Shown here piece after piece: positions 34,446-48,395 of a stretch of DNA of 64,000 bases (the stretch's first letter is position 1; the number at the start of each line of letters is the position of its first letter). Below the pieces are notes generated by a model. It was not told where the DNA came from. It worked only from the letters and a program-made list of their open reading frames with translations, and ran no database searches. The position numbers were made by a program, and so were the translations under genes. Source of the DNA: Reclinomonas americana ATCC 50394. Lineage: Eukaryota. Location of the stretch: contig PS015081.1 in the NCBI GenBank assembly GCA_048213135.1, positions 168,785 to 232,784 on the forward strand. Direction: 5' to 3'.

Positions 34446-37400
34446 ATGCTTGCGGACGACGGTGTGTGTGTGTGTGTATGTGTGTGTGAAGAGAGTGAGT
34501 GCGAGAACGATCCACTGAGTGCAGCAATCGCAGGAGTGAGTGCGCCTGGGCGCAGCGTCGTGCGTCGCCTGGACGAGGAGCTTACACAAGCGACAATGGA
34601 TGACGTGCGTGTGGCTGGCGACAATGACAAGCATCTCCACGATGATGATGAGGATGAGGATGATGACTCATCGTGGTACTCGTCTTCCTCCTCTTCCTCC
34701 TCGTCGTCGACACCCAACGCAGCAGCAGCAGTGTCATCATCATCGCCCACAGCAAAGAGCGACTCATTGGCGGTCAATGGAAGTGCGTACGAGACATCTC
34801 ATTATGTGTTGCGCATCCTCATTCATTGATTTGTGTGTTTTTGTGCATGGGAAGAAGATGTTCGCGGGATGGTGGTGTCGCCTGACCTGCAAGACTTTGT
34901 AAACAAGCGCGACTCGTTGCCGGCTCACGTATGGCAGCGGTACTTGGAGTTGGTGTCGGCCGAGGGTACAGCGCAACAGCAGCAGCAGCATCGGCGTCAG
35001 CAATCGTCAGTGTCCGCCTCGTCGCAACTCGAGTCGGGATCGTCGGGTTCGCTTCCGCCACTGGATGCCGGCAGTGGCATGTCGCTGCTGCCACCACCAC
35101 CGCACATGCAGCCGGAGATGGCAAGGCGATTGAGTCGTGTGCGCCGCAGTGGACAGTCGCCGTCGCCGTCGCCCGAGGTTCGGTTGTGTGCGTGCCATGG
35201 GGCGAGAGTGGGGCAAGGGTGCTCATGCTGGTGGCGACAGGTGACGGGCACGCCACAGCTGGACTTCTCGTCGGCATTGTCGCAGATTCGGCAGGGAGGT
35301 GGTGCCGTGCAGTCGGTGCCTCCGCCGCTGTCGGTCGCGCCGATTCCGGTTCCCGAGTCGCCTGTTGCGTGATGCCGCTGCTGCCTGGTGTAGGCAAGCT
35401 GAAGGGTTGACGGCGTCTGTATGTGTGTATGTGTAGATGGTGGGCGACTTTCTGGCTCCGAACTCGGACAGTGTTCCAGTGCCATCCACACCGGGGTTCG
35501 ACTTCTCCTTTTTCATACGTTTCTGTTCCTTCTGTTTGCTGACCTCTGTGTCGTGTGGTGCGCAGTGTGGAGATTCAGGTGTTGCAGGAGCAGCTGCGCT
35601 GCTGGAAGGATGCCTACCGAGAGCTGCAGCAGCAGCACTCGCGCCGCCTGCAGGCACTCTCGTCGGACTACTCGGAGCGCGAGGATGAACTGCGTCGAGA
35701 AAACGAACGGCTGCAACTCGATGTGCGTCTCCTCTCTACGCCTCTACGAGCACTGCGTCTCTCATCATTCGTTGATTGTCATGCAGCTGGCCGAGAAACT
35801 GGAAGCACAGCGCAATCTGTTTGACGAGGAGCTCGCTCAAACACTGCGACGCATTCGTGAGAGTCGCTCTGTCGCTGACGCGATCACTGCATTGCAGGTG
35901 CACACATGCCGTTCCACTGCTACAGATTTCGTCGCTCGTTTCACTAAAGCGGAGACGCAAATGGCGCAGGATGGATCCGAGCAAATGTCGTCGTTGCATG
36001 CCAGCGCGCTCAGCCTGAACACCACCGGCAGCCGATTCACGGCCGGTCGTTACCGACTGCTACTCTCCGAGTTGGAGCGCGAGCTCGCCGCATTGCTGCA
36101 GCGTGGTTTGCCCGCACAGGTACAGGAAGTCGACGATCTTTCTTTCCGCCGGTGTTGATGGCCGACACTCTGTTGTGTTGTGTCGCAGAGTGACATGCCG
36201 GTGGCTGATGCCGACCGCCTCGTGCGATCAATGGAGGAGACACAACGTGTGCTGCAGAACTTGTCAGCCGGCATGTCATCTACTTCGTCTGGCGCCTCCA
36301 CTCAGGGTACGCCAGCGTTTGAACTCTTAACGTGTTCCTATCTTCTCATGCGTCGCGTGCAGAGGTGTTGGCCAAGTTGGAGAGTGTCAGCCGACAGCTG
36401 CAGGCGCAACAAAAATTAATTCGCACAACGAGCGCCGGCCACATGAGTGGGGCTGCAGGTGCCACTCCGCCATCGCAGCAGTCTCATGTGGCGGCGGTGG
36501 CGGCTGCCGAGTTGCGCTCCCGATTGGAGCATGCCAGTGTCGCGGCAGCGGAGCAAGCCCTGCAGATTCGAGTGCGTTGTTGTGGTGGTTTCTAGATTGT
36601 GCATGCGACAGGAGGCTGAGTGTGTGTTTCCTTTAACCCACGACAGGAACTCGAAGATCAGGTGCTTCAACTGCGACAGCACTGTGCCAAGCTCTCCCAG
36701 GAGCGAGTGCGTACTATCCTTTCTCTATCCATTGCTGGCACATGCGGAGGCACTTACACGGCTTTGTAAATCGCAGAGCGACGCTGTGGAGCGCGCCGAG
36801 GCGCTGGCCATCATCTCGGCGAGTGTGGATCCCGATACGTATGGTGCTGAGCGGCAGCGGATCCTGCTGTTGCACACGGCGCTGGTGCAGGCCATCAGTC
36901 GCATTGTCAATGACGAGGCTCTATCACACACGGTGCAACCGGGTGGTATGTAGCAGGCACTTCTGTGCGGTAGTGAGTGAGGCGACTGATTGATTGTCTC
37001 CCTCTCAGATCTCGGAGCCGGTGCTCTGGAGACAGCGTGTCGTGCTCTGGAGGCCGAGTACCGACGAGCACGCGAAGTGGCCGATCGGGCAGAAGAGAGA
37101 TTGTTGATTGCAGAGGCCGAGCGCACGTCGTCAGAGGACGAGTACCGCGGGCAGATCTCGAGCCTAAAGGACAATCTGGAACGCCTGAAGAACATCAACG
37201 AAGTGGTGCGCATGGCGTCGCCACACACGAGTCATTTGGGAGGGCGTCATTCTGACAACGTCTCACAGCTCAAGAAGGATCTGGAGTTGGCGATTCGCAA
37301 GCTGGAGAGTCGAATGCTGGAGGAGGACAAGCGATTGGAGAAGCGCGATCGAAAGCACCGCGAAAAGGTGCGAGGCCAAGTGCAGTGAGCAGGTGATATC

Positions 37401-40400
37401 ATCCCTCAGTCATTCATCATCACCGCTCCTGCGCAGATGTCGGCCGTGAAGGAGGAGCTGGCAAAGAAGAATGAGGAACTGGCGGCGGTGCACCGCAACA
37501 TGTTGCGTCTCGGCATCACGACCTGCCTCGTGTGCAGATGAACTCATGATGCGCGAAACAGTACGAGTTTGCAAGTCGAGCGTGAGGATTTGCGAAAGGA
37601 GCTCGTCGAGATGCAGGGACATGTCGAAACGCTGCGTCAGACCGTACGCAACCGGGACTTTGCGCTCGAGCAATTGCAGCGGCAGTTGAGTTTGTGTTCG
37701 GCTGCGCGTTCATTCTAGGTTCCAGTCACTCACCGTCTGCTCTGCCAGAGTGGACGAAGGCCTTGCCGACCGAGGTGGAGAGCCGTCCAGCGGGCGACGA
37801 TCTTCCGCTGTCCACGAGCCGTTGGAGAGACCGCCCATTACGCACTCGTCGGCCCTCAATGGGTCGGCCGTGCTCACTTTTACTTCATCTGATCGGTTTC
37901 GTGGTTGCTTGCTTGTCACTCTGCTGCGCCTCCTCCCTCTCACCGCTGACTCGAAAACCATTGGTGCGCAGGAGTCGCACGCTGCAGCAAGGGCAGGTGC
38001 ACCAGCAGACGCGTGAACTGGCTGTGGCACCACTGCAGGTTGTCGACAGGTCTGTTCGTGCCACGACCACTGTCACTGGCTGCATCGTTACTGACATGCG
38101 TGCGTGCGCGTGCACAGTGGTGTCGCGGGCTCGGAATTCAGACCCGCAACGGTGTCGTTGGCCGGCGATTTTACCGCGCAGGTGTGTGTGTGTGTAGCGA
38201 TTGTCTTCCTCGAACTTCGACAGGCTGACAGAGATTGCAGCAGCCGTCATCCCAGTCCACACCCTCCTCGTCGCGGAGCTCGGCGTCAGTGGCCAGTGCG
38301 CCAGCCGTCGCCGAGAGTAATCCAAGCCCACCTCCACCTAGTTTTGCCGCTCGTTCGTCTGTGGCTGCCGCTGCTGGCATGTCGGATTTGCGTGCACGAG
38401 TGGAAGCCGTCGCCGCACAGCATCGCCTTGTACAAACGTGCGTGCAACAAGAATGGTGTTGTTGTTTTTTTGCACGCATCATCTCTGACTCGCTTTGTCG
38501 CGTGCAGTCAATCGCGCGATCGCTCTGCCTCGATGGGTCCCATCACAATTCCGTCCCCCCAACAACTACCGCAGCCGTCGCCGCCACCAGCGCAGCAGCC
38601 GTCGTCGCTTTCTCGTGCAGGTGAGCGTGCTAGTTGTGTGCGCGCATGGTGACGCCATCCTCACTGCTTTCTCACTTGCTTGATGTGCAGCTTCCATGGC
38701 GGCCGCTGAATCGCCGGTCGTGCGGGAGGCGTGGGTGTCGCCACCACGGGAGCGCGATGCTGCCGAGCGGCGTGCAGCCGCAGGCAGGGTATGTGTTTGT
38801 ATTGCACTCATTCGGCATCTCACTTCTTCATCCACTGACTCTTTCTCAACGCAACAGGCCGACTTCCATCCGCTGGCGTCGTGGAAAGAGTTTGCAGAGG
38901 AAGAGGTACAGTCTGCGCAATCATCAGTTGGTGATATCGCCACACGTCTCACTCTCGCCGTCGGTACAGATGTCGCGACTGCATCGAGCGGTGCAAGGCA
39001 AGCTGGCCGAGAGGAATCAACTGGCCATCCGAGTGCACAACTGCAAAGGTGTCGCGTGTCGCAGCACTGATCGTGGACTGCTTTGCGTTCTCATCACATT
39101 TTTGCGTCGCAGACAAATCGGTGCGAGTGATGCTGGAAGACGACCTGCGCGAAGTGGACCGGGAGGCTGCCTCGTTGGAGGGCGAAGTGCGCTCGTTCTT
39201 GTGCTCCTGTGTTGTTGCTTCTCCCACTCATCGGCGCATGCATCTGGCAGTACCAACGCATCAAGAAGGAGTACCTGCGCAAGACCATTTTGCAGATGGA
39301 TCTGGAGAAGAGCATGGTGCGTCGCACCCCCCTGTCTCCACTCTCATCCACTAGTTATTCACCGACTCACTCGCCGTTGATGGACGACAGGTCGACCACT
39401 CGTTCACATCGTCGCAACTCAGACCAGCCACCACACCCTTGCAGTCGCAGTCGTCGATGCAGCACGGTTCGCCAGCGGCGCGATCGGCCAAACGAGCACT
39501 GCATGCACCGTATGAGCCCACCGTGGTCGCTCGACCAGTCTCCGAGGTGGGCATGCTGCGTGGCGCCGCGCCTCGTTCGTCCACGCTCACTCCCGCCGTG
39601 GCCGTCTCCCTGTCGGCACCCACCACACCACCCTCCACACCACCGACGGCTGCCGCTGCGCCACCTGACGATACGCCCGGCCCGATTTCATCGACGTACT
39701 CGCCCACCAGTTCACTACGGACGCATCGTCGCACCGAGTCGGCCGCCGCCGTTCTGTCGTCCTCCGAGGCGCCCTCGCCTGGCGAACCCGAAGCTCGCGT
39801 GCCACCACGTCGTGCGCTGACGCACGGCGATGTGCGGAGACCACCACCGGCTGCAGCGTCGGCGGCGGCGGCATACCAGCGACACCCATCCGAGACAGCA
39901 TACGGCTCGCCGCATCATCCGTTTGTGCCCGAGTACACGACGGCACTGGATGCAGTGGATCGCGAGTGGGTGGCCACAGCCGCCGCCTCGTCGACTGCGC
40001 TGTCGGCCCACGTGTTACATTCTACACCACCCTCGGCTGCCGGCACCGTGCCGAAGCAATCCTCGGCCTCGTCGGCGGCAGCTGGCGGATCGAGCGGCAG
40101 CAAACTGCGGCGTGCCTCGTCGTCGGGCCGCATCCAGGCCACACAAGCCACACCACCACCACCACTGTCACAACAGCAGCACACCAGCAGCAGCGTCACG
40201 CGACGACGATCTGCATCGACGGCCGCCGTGGAGCGACGACCGACGTCGGCCGGCCGAGGCGGTCCTGCCGCTGCCGCAGCTGCCGGCGCCACACCTCGTC
40301 GTCGCTCACCTACGCCAGTACGTGGATCAACACGGCCACGCAGCAACAGCCACCAGAACATGCATGTCCGGCGGCGCAGCTCCTCCGTCGACGACCTCAC

Positions 40401-40704
40401 CGCACTGGAGCACGCCGAAGTCGACGAAACAACACGTCCGCGACCACGTCGAAGCCGCCCCGCCGCCGCCGCAGCAGCAGCAGCAGCGCCTCCACCACCA
40501 CCTACTCAACAGCTGCAACCACAACCACGCACCGGTGCCAGACGTCACGCCCACCGTCTCTCCGAGCCACCTCGCGACATCTCCACCGCCGTGCTCAAGG
40601 ACACCCACATGCGGCTCACTGAATACGTTATGCAGCAGCAGCAGCAGCGGCCTCCACCATCATCCTCACAGCAGCCACCTTTAGCACCAACTAGCTCGAG
40701 ATAA
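34446..40704 (+). CDS. Large coiled-coil protein with Ser/Pro/Ala-rich C-terminus, function unknown (could be more than one gene)
   Basis: Chain of GT-AG separated heptad exons (LQEQLRCWKDAYRELQQQH, LKKDLELAIRKLESRM, YQRIKKEYLRKTILQMDLEK); final long exon ends at TAA 40704. Confidence 0.55.
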
Positions 40705-40756
40705 TGCAGTTGTCGTGTCCGTCCTCTCATGCATTGTCCCTCATCCATTTCCCATC

Positions 40757-42377
40757 TATCGTCAAGCTCCGCGCNNNNNNNNNNNNNNNNNNNNGTGTGT
40801 GTGTGGAAGGAGACAGAGACAGAGGCCACCTGTGTGCTCACTCCTTCACGCACAGCTTGCGATTTTGGAGGCGGCCTTTGCCGAGTCGCCGTACTTGGCG
40901 AAGAGTACGCGTGAGCTGTTGGTGACGCAAACTGGCATGCCCGCGGCGCGTATCACTGCGTGGTTTCAACATCGTCGCAAGAAGTTGCTGGCGACACCGA
41001 CTCCACACCAGCGCACGCAACAGCAGCAGTCAGCATCAGCGGGGGTCGTCAGTGTGTCACCGGCTGTCTCCACGCCCGTCTCCATCCCCGCTCTGGCAGC
41101 TGTGTATGCGCCAGCTGCAGCAGCAGCAGCAGCAGCAGCAGCAGAGGCGCCTGCAGTGATGCAGTGGCTGCCACTGCCGCTGTCTCTGCTTCCACCACCG
41201 CCACCACCACCACCTGCTGTTGCATTACCTTTGCCTCCTCCTCCGCCTCCTCCTCCTCCACCACCACCTCCTTCGTTGCATGAGCAACAGCAGCAGCAAC
41301 AGCATGAGGATTTCTTCTCCATGTTGAAGTTGCGCGAGAGAGGCCACATGGGGGGCGTTTTCTGGGTCTGACTGGTTGCCTTTCGTGAATGTGCAGCAAG
41401 CGAGATTCACTGTTGGAGTGGTGGCTCGATGACATGCCGTTGCGTTTGTCATTACCCCCCGTGTGCGTATTGTCTCACGTGTCTCATCACTGGGAGCACA
41501 GGCCGCCGTCGTCGTCGTCGTCATCGTCCGCTCCAATAGCTGTCCAGTCCACATTTGAACTTGTTCCGCCGCCGTCTTTGGCGAATGCTGTGCCGTCGCC
41601 GCTGCTGCGTCCCGCCTGCTCTGTTATCACATTGGTCGCGCCCTCGGCTGCAGAAGAGTTGTTGCGTTTCGAGACGTTTGTGTTGCGAGTGGCGCGAGAA
41701 ATCTATTTTCGGTGCCTTTTTTTGTCTCATTGCATTGTTCGTGCAGTGCCGAGGATGACGCTGCGACCATGATGCTTCGGTGTCCCGAGTTGCGAAGCTA
41801 TCTTGCGTGAAGATGGAGAGTGGGAATGGAAACTCACCGACATGCGATTCCCCTCCCGCGCGCAGAACGACCCCATCGCTTGCCCACCTGTCTGTGCCGC
41901 TTCTCTCCAACGATGAAGACGAGTGCGGTCATCCTTCCTCGTCCACCCTGCTGCTGCCGCCGTCGACTCCACCTCGCGCGGTACTGCACGCTGCCTTGCT
42001 TACCACACACACATACACACCCCGTCTGACTGTATTTGCGTGTGCCGCGCAGCAGCCGCTGCGGACGTGGACTGGTCCCTCTGCCTTTGCCTCGCCTGTC
42101 ACTTCCCCTCGCCTAACTCCTTGCCCTGTACCACTGCCCCCACCACCACCTGCCCATGCCTCTGCCCCTCTTATCACTGTATCCCGAAAACGCCCTGCCC
42201 CACCGCCTGTGCACACTGGACTACTGGTGACGTCTTTTTGCAAGATATCGGAAATATCGTGCGTTCTACTCACCGCCCACTGTGCATGTACAGCTGAAAC
42301 GGCCTCGCAGACCCGGCGACGATCTGGTCACCTTGGACAGTGAGCTACAGGAGCACTTGTTGGCACAGCCACTGTGA
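40757..42377 (+). CDS. Homeodomain protein; 5' end obscured by N gap
   Basis: RQAPR..[gap]..LAILEAAFAESPYLAKSTRELLVTQTGMPAARITAWFQHRRKK; downstream Pro/Ala/Gln-rich exons joined by donors at 41329, 41439, 41661 and 41789. Confidence 0.75.
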
Positions 42378-42495
42378 GTGATAGTATACATAAGGATGCA
42401 ATTGTCATGTCACGGCAAAGGTGAACCGACTCTCTGCAATCGAACATCATTTATAAACAACTTGCAGAGAGTGAGTGAGTGCGCGCGCAAGGAAA

Positions 42496-45400
42496 ATGGG
42501 CCTCGCGGAGGTGATTGAGATTCTCGTCACCTACTTGCAGGTACGCTCTGTGTGTGTGTGTGTGCACGCGCGCGCGCTTGTGAGAGACATAAAGTGTAAG
42601 ATTCACACACGCGCACGACCTTCTCGCGCAGTTCTTTGCACTCAATCAAAACCACGACGTGCTGGTGCCCGACGGCTGGTCCAAGTACGCCAAGTGGGTG
42701 CGTGAACAATGAGAGAAAGAGAGAAAGAACGAGATAGAGAACTAAGTAGTGTCTGATATGTGCACACTTGCAGCTCAACTACCTCAACGTGGGCCTGCGC
42801 TATGCCTTTCCATGGGTTCCAGTGCTCGACTTTCGCGGGTGCATTTTGCCTGCCTCTCTCCATCTCCATCATTCAATGACTGACTCGTGATTTCTCGCAG
42901 CATGTTCCTGCTTCTTCTTGTCGGCTTGCCACTGCTGATTGCCGCACTGCTGCTTGTCGTGTTCAAGTCAATGGTGATCATGGTGTGGTACCTGACACTG
43001 CTGTCGGGTGCCACTGCGCTGATTGTGGGCGCCATTGCCAAGTTCCTGCCACGATCCGACTTGGCGACAGTCGTGCCCGTCGACTTCCTGCTCATCTTTG
43101 GTGGCAGTCTGGTGGGCATGTGTCTGCTGGTGTGGATGGTGTACTGCTTGGCGAATCGGTGTGGCAAGTCGTATGCGCGCGACGATGAAGATGATGGGTA
43201 TGCGCCGCCGCAGGAGGTGGCGGCGGATAGCAAGGAGCACGAGCTTCCGCAGCACATGCCGTCGGTGCAGCGACAACCGCCTGTGGAGGCGCCGCGTCGC
43301 ACCAGTGGTTTTGGCATTGGTAACTTTGGCTACGACGACTACGACTGGATCATGAGCTACTACATCAAGTGCGTTGTGAATGCCCGCCGCCGCTGTTGCT
43401 GCTCTGCCACGCTCACTCCTTGTCTTGTCGTCAGCCCCGAGACGGGTGATGTGCTGCCGATTCCACGTCCGGGCCAGGCGACGGCGGAGGAGCTCAACAC
43501 ATTCATGCAGGCTCCGTCGCGACCGGTCAGCCGGCGCGTGTCGAGCCGCCCCTCGAGTCACGAGTCCAGCCGCGAATCATCGCAGCTGTCGCCCGTCAGC
43601 GCAGCGGAGCACACGTCACCAGAGAACTCTCCGAGTGAGTCACGCAGCCGGCAGCAGCGCCCGTCGCTCGCCGACTCAATTCTCGACGGCAACAAACCCG
43701 ACTGGGCCGTGCGACCATCTATCCCAGGCACGGTGGAGATGGCATCCGTGCGTTTCCCACACACACACACATACGTGCCTCTTTCTCGTCGCCTGCTCAC
43801 CGAGTCCATCTTTTGCAGTCCACGCGACGCCCGAGTGGCGCGGAGGAACAGTCGCGTGCCATCAATGTCGCACGCTCTGTCAAGGGTGCGATGCCGTGTG
43901 ATTCCATTGTGAGTGCCACAAAGGGTTGTTGCTCACCGCCGGTGTCTTTCCTTGCAGATGTCTCGTCGAGTGGTGTTGGCGGTCGCCACGTCAAGGTTGT
44001 CAGCAATCGCGCTGAAGGTGAGCATGATCACGGCGGTCATGTTTTTTCCCACATACTGTTCACTCACTTTTAATTGTGTGTCAGCGGGCAATGCTTTCCA
44101 CAAGTCGTCTGGTGGCGGTCTCATGGCGCCCGTGCGCAACGATTCCTCGGCGTTGCGTCGCACATACGAGTGTCCATGGATTCGTTGTTGGCGCGAAGCT
44201 TACAGTGTTCAATCCATGCAGCATTCCTGTCAAGGACTACTCAGACGACGACTCTGACGGTGGCGATTCGGAGGTCGATCCCGACAATCTGTCTGCGATG
44301 GCTCTGCGCCGTAGCATGGCTCGCGCCAAGAAGAAGCGTTGCGTTTTTCTTCCGTGTTCACTCCCTTGGTTGTCTCCCCATCGCCTCTGACCGGTTGGCC
44401 GCACAGACTGCTGCATCTTGTTGCGCGACTTTATCTTTGCTATTTTCCTCATTGCGCTCGGCCTACTTGCCGCCGGTGTCATTCCGGGCGACAAGGTCGG
44501 ACTCAGCACCGTGCAGGACGCCTTGGGTGCCGCTGGATTCGTTCTCAGGTCAGTCTCACCTCTGCCGTGAAGTGCCACCGGGCCTCGATGCTTACTGTTG
44601 GCGTGTAGCTGGGTGATGACCGGCACTGGTGGTCTGCTGCTGCTTCAGTGGACGCTCAATTTGTTCCGTCGCGGCCGCGTCTTCCTCGTCATGATGCAGT
44701 TCTTTATCAAGAAGGTGGTGCTTAAGGGCCTCGTGTTTGGCCTCTCGCTCATCTACGTCCCCATCATCAACACGATTCTCGCCGTGGCCAAGTGCACTCA
44801 GCAGACGTGTGGCTCCGGCTCTCGCTTCGTCAGCCGCGCGGTGCGCCTGAGTGAAGGTATGTGTCTGCCGTGCAGTAGCGTCGCGAGAAAGCGACATGCG
44901 TCTGATTTTCGAGTGCACAGCGCTGTCGTCTCTCGCTCGCCGTACCGCCATGTGCGAGTCGTGCACGTGGCTCAACAACTGCGGTATCTCGGACTTGTGT
45001 CCGGGTGAAACCGACTTGCGTCTTGTTGCGTGCTGTGTGTGCACATATCTTGTGGTGGTGGTGGTGATGGTGGTGATGGTGGCTCACCGACTGTGCGCTT
45101 CTTTGTGGCGGCGCAGCAAGCGGACCCGACGCTGTCTTGCACGGGAGAAATCTGGCCGTACTACGCACCGGGTGCTGGCCTGGCGTTCCTCCTGTACTGC
45201 GTCGGCATTCCGAGTTGCGCTCGCACATTATCTGTACTTCGTCTTGATGACGAGCCATCCATTTTTTTGCTGACTGGCTGGCTTCGCCTGCATGCAGTGC
45301 TGTACTGGTACTTGACGCGCAACAGCGTCAAGTTCCTCCGTGTGCTGCCGGTGCGCGGTGAAGACGTCAACCTCACCGATGAGGAGTTTGCGTCGTTGCC

Positions 45401-47256
45401 GCCCCGAGAGCGCCAGCGTGTCGAGTGGCGCGTGCGAGTCGCCGTGACGGAGAATTCCGCCAAGGTGCTGCTGGTGTTGGACGATAGTCTTTGTCTCGTG
45501 CCGCTCTGTTTGACTCACCGATTGCTATCACGCAGATGCTGTACTCGTCGTACGCCTACAAGTGGCGCTACTGGAAGGTCATCCAGATTGTGCAGAAATT
45601 CGTGCGTCTCCTATTATTGTGTTGTGTGCATTCTGGCCACATTGTGTTCTCATCGCCGACTCCTCCAGACGCTTGTCGTGACGGCCATTTTCTTGTTCCC
45701 GGTACGTATTTTTCTCTTGCCGATCGTTTGCACGGCTTGCCTCTGATCACTCATCGATTCACCGCGCAGTATCCCACCGTGGCCACCAGCGTCATGCTCG
45801 GCGTGCACGTCATTTTCACGTGCTTGCTCCTGTTCTGCCGACCGTACGTGTCGGGCTTTTTGGTGTGTTGCTTGCTTTATAATGTCCCTTCGACTGCACG
45901 TGTGCACTGACGACCAGGCGTGTAGGATGCGCTGGCATCGGTGACGTCGATCTGCAACATCAGCAACGCCATTGTGTTCCTGTTGTTCAGCCTGAATGTT
46001 CGTTTCCCACCGGAGGGTTTGTACGTCCTACTCGGTGTCAACGTGGCGCTGCCGGGCCTGTGCATCATCATCGGCCTCTTCTTCGACTACTGCCGACAGC
46101 GCTTTGCGCGTGCCAGCTATATGGTTTGTCGCTCACGAAAGCGCACTTGTCAGTCGTCACCATGACCAACGCTCTTTGCACACAGAAACGCCGCGACGCG
46201 GAGATTGCGGCGAACACCAACACCGCCGCCGTGGCGATTGCACCGGCCGACGGTGTGCCAGGAAATAACTGGATGACAACACCGGCCGCCCCGTCGCAGT
46301 CGAGACCTCAATCGGCGGTGAACCCCGTCGTTCCGCTGCACCATCGAGTTGCGTGGAGGCCCTCTGTGGGTTCTTCTTCTTCGCATTCACGCATCTCACT
46401 GACGACGATGGTGGTGATACGCAGGACGTGCAAGCCTACCGATCCACAAAAGTACAAGTGGTGAACCGGTCGGACAAGAACAAAGTCGTCACCGTGCCCC
46501 TGTCGTTGGTGCTGGATCGGCAGCTGAACGAGTACAATCTCAAGCTGACTTCCAATTACTTTTTGATCATTGGTACGTGGATGCTACTCCGTCTCTTGAT
46601 GCACACACGGTTCTTACTCGCGCAACTCGCAGGCTTTGGTGCTTTCCTCATCCTTGGCGTGGCACTGGTGGGCCTCGTGATCGACTCCTCGGATCCCAAG
46701 TTCTATCCGATTCGCGATGTCGTCGTTGCGTTGTTGTCACTCTGTGTGCTCGTGTGTGTGCATGTGTAAGTCTGACGCTCTTCCGGTCACAGGGAACCTG
46801 CTCGGTGCTTCAAGATTACGAGTTTGCTGGCTTTACGAACTGGGGAACATTTGCCGCCAACTGCTGCTGCATGGCCGGCAACGCCGGCACCAAGTACACC
46901 TCGGTGGAACTGTGGACTTGTAGAGGCGGCAAAATTGTGGTGCGTTGCCTCTCTTCTGACAGCGTGCCGTCCATCGATCTGAAAGTGTGTATGTTGTGCA
47001 GGAACGACCTCGAGCACAAGGCTCGGACAACACCGGCATCGCCATTCGTGGCTTCTGCTCGACGACCTTCAATGCGGGCATTTGCGACACACAGACGTGT
47101 AACAATACCACTTTCAAGGTCAGTCGCCTTCTCCCTTTTGCTGCAGCAGTGTCCCGTCGCCTGACTTACATTTCTTTTCCTATCCAGGCATCGGTGTGCG
47201 ACGCATCGCTGCTGACGACGACGCCGACATCCAATGCCCTGGCGTACCTGTGGTGA
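42496..47256 (+). CDS. Large multi-pass membrane protein (TRP_C/PKD2-like protist family, tentative)
   Basis: EILVTYLQFFAL..VPDGW..LNYLN, RLQADPTLSC, LYCVGIP, LYSSYAYKWRYWKVIQIVQKF, CRPY; about 22 exons. Confidence 0.65.
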
Positions 47257-47423
47257 CCGCTCGTAGTTGCCCACCCTAGTAGTTTTGCATTCCTTTAAGT
47301 TGAAAGGATGCACTCCGTCACCGCCGCGGCCGCCGCATGTTAAGAAGTGGCGTGCCCAGTGTGACCAGTTCGTGTAATGTTGTAGTAATAATAACAGATT
47401 GTTGTTGTTTTTTACATTCATCA

Positions 47424-47952
47424 TCATCGTCGATCATGCGGCTGTGCATTCTTGCGCATGGGCTTTGCGCTGTCGTGATGCACCTGCACAGCGGCCTTGT
47501 GCTGGCGATTCTTGGCCATCACATACGGCCGTTGCTGCTTCTCCACAATCTCGGTGCTGACAAAGTGCGCAATGGTGATCTCCGTCTGCGTCAACACCGC
47601 CTGCTTCTGCTCCTCCAGCTCGCGCAGCTTGTCCTCCACCACCGCGCGATCCACTCGTGAATCCTCACGCAGCTTTTGCTTCACGCGCTGATAGTGTTCG
47701 TACACTGGATCCTCGCCCGTGAACGAGAACAAGATCGGACTGCGTGTCGGTGTGAGTGAGCAACAAGAGACAGCAGTGCTTTCTTTCGAGTGCGTGGAGA
47801 ATCGGACGCAACACATCCTTCTGAACCGTCTCCAGCCGCTCCTCGTGTACCACCTCGAAAAACGTCTCAAACGGAATCAGCTTGCGCTTGGGTGCCTGAT
47901 ATGGCTCCCAACTCTTGCGCTTGCCGTACTTTGCGAAGAACTCGAGGCTCAT
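47424..47952 (-). CDS. Hypothetical ~150-aa protein, one intron
   Basis: MSLEFFAKYGKRKSWEPY...QKDV|PILFSFTGEDPVY; intron donor GTTGCGT at 47812. Confidence 0.55.
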
Positions 47953-48034
47953 GGGCCCACTGGCCAAGGCACACGCACACGCACACGCCAAAGAAACTGC
48001 CGAAACCGACGGAATGATGAATGGACGGAAAAGT

Positions 48035-48313
48035 TTACTGCGAGGTCGATGTCGACGTGCCACCAGACGACGACTGCTGCTCTTGCTGCTGCTGCTTCTG
48101 CTGCTGCTGCTGAGCAATCTCTACGCGTCTCTGAGCATAGCTGCACATTGCATGTGTGTGAGTGAGAGAGAGAAGAGACAACAGATGCGCATGTGTGTTG
48201 TTTGTTGAGCGCAACTGGTTCTTCAGTGGCTCGTTCCAGATGTACACACCAGAGGAGACACCGACGACAAGTGCCACGGCGTATGTGAGAAGGCGGTTGG
48301 AGCGATCAAACAT
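48035..48313 (-). CDS. PIGBOS1-like single-TM microprotein (67 aa), intron 48141-48215
   Basis: MFDRSNRLLTYAVALVVGVSSGVYIWNEPLKNHYAQRR; the GxxxGVYI+xP motif resembles PIGBOS1. Confidence 0.65.
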   Translation of the reverse strand: MFDRSNRLLTYAVALVVGVSSGVYIWNEPLKNQLRSTNNTHAHLLSLLSLTHTHAMCSYAQRRVEIAQQQQQKQQQQEQQSSSGGTSTSTSQ

Positions 48314-48395
48314 GTGCTCAGAGGCGATGAGGATCAAGAGTGAAGAGGACAGAGGACAGTACTAGTCTTTCTTCGTTGTCGCGTTCTTGTCGCGT

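Noticed and set aside
41813-42377. Separate small gene starting MESGNGNS just after a TGA at 41810
   Set aside because: Better explained by intron 41789-41865 (GTTGCGA...CTCAC...gcgcAG) continuing the homeodomain gene in frame.
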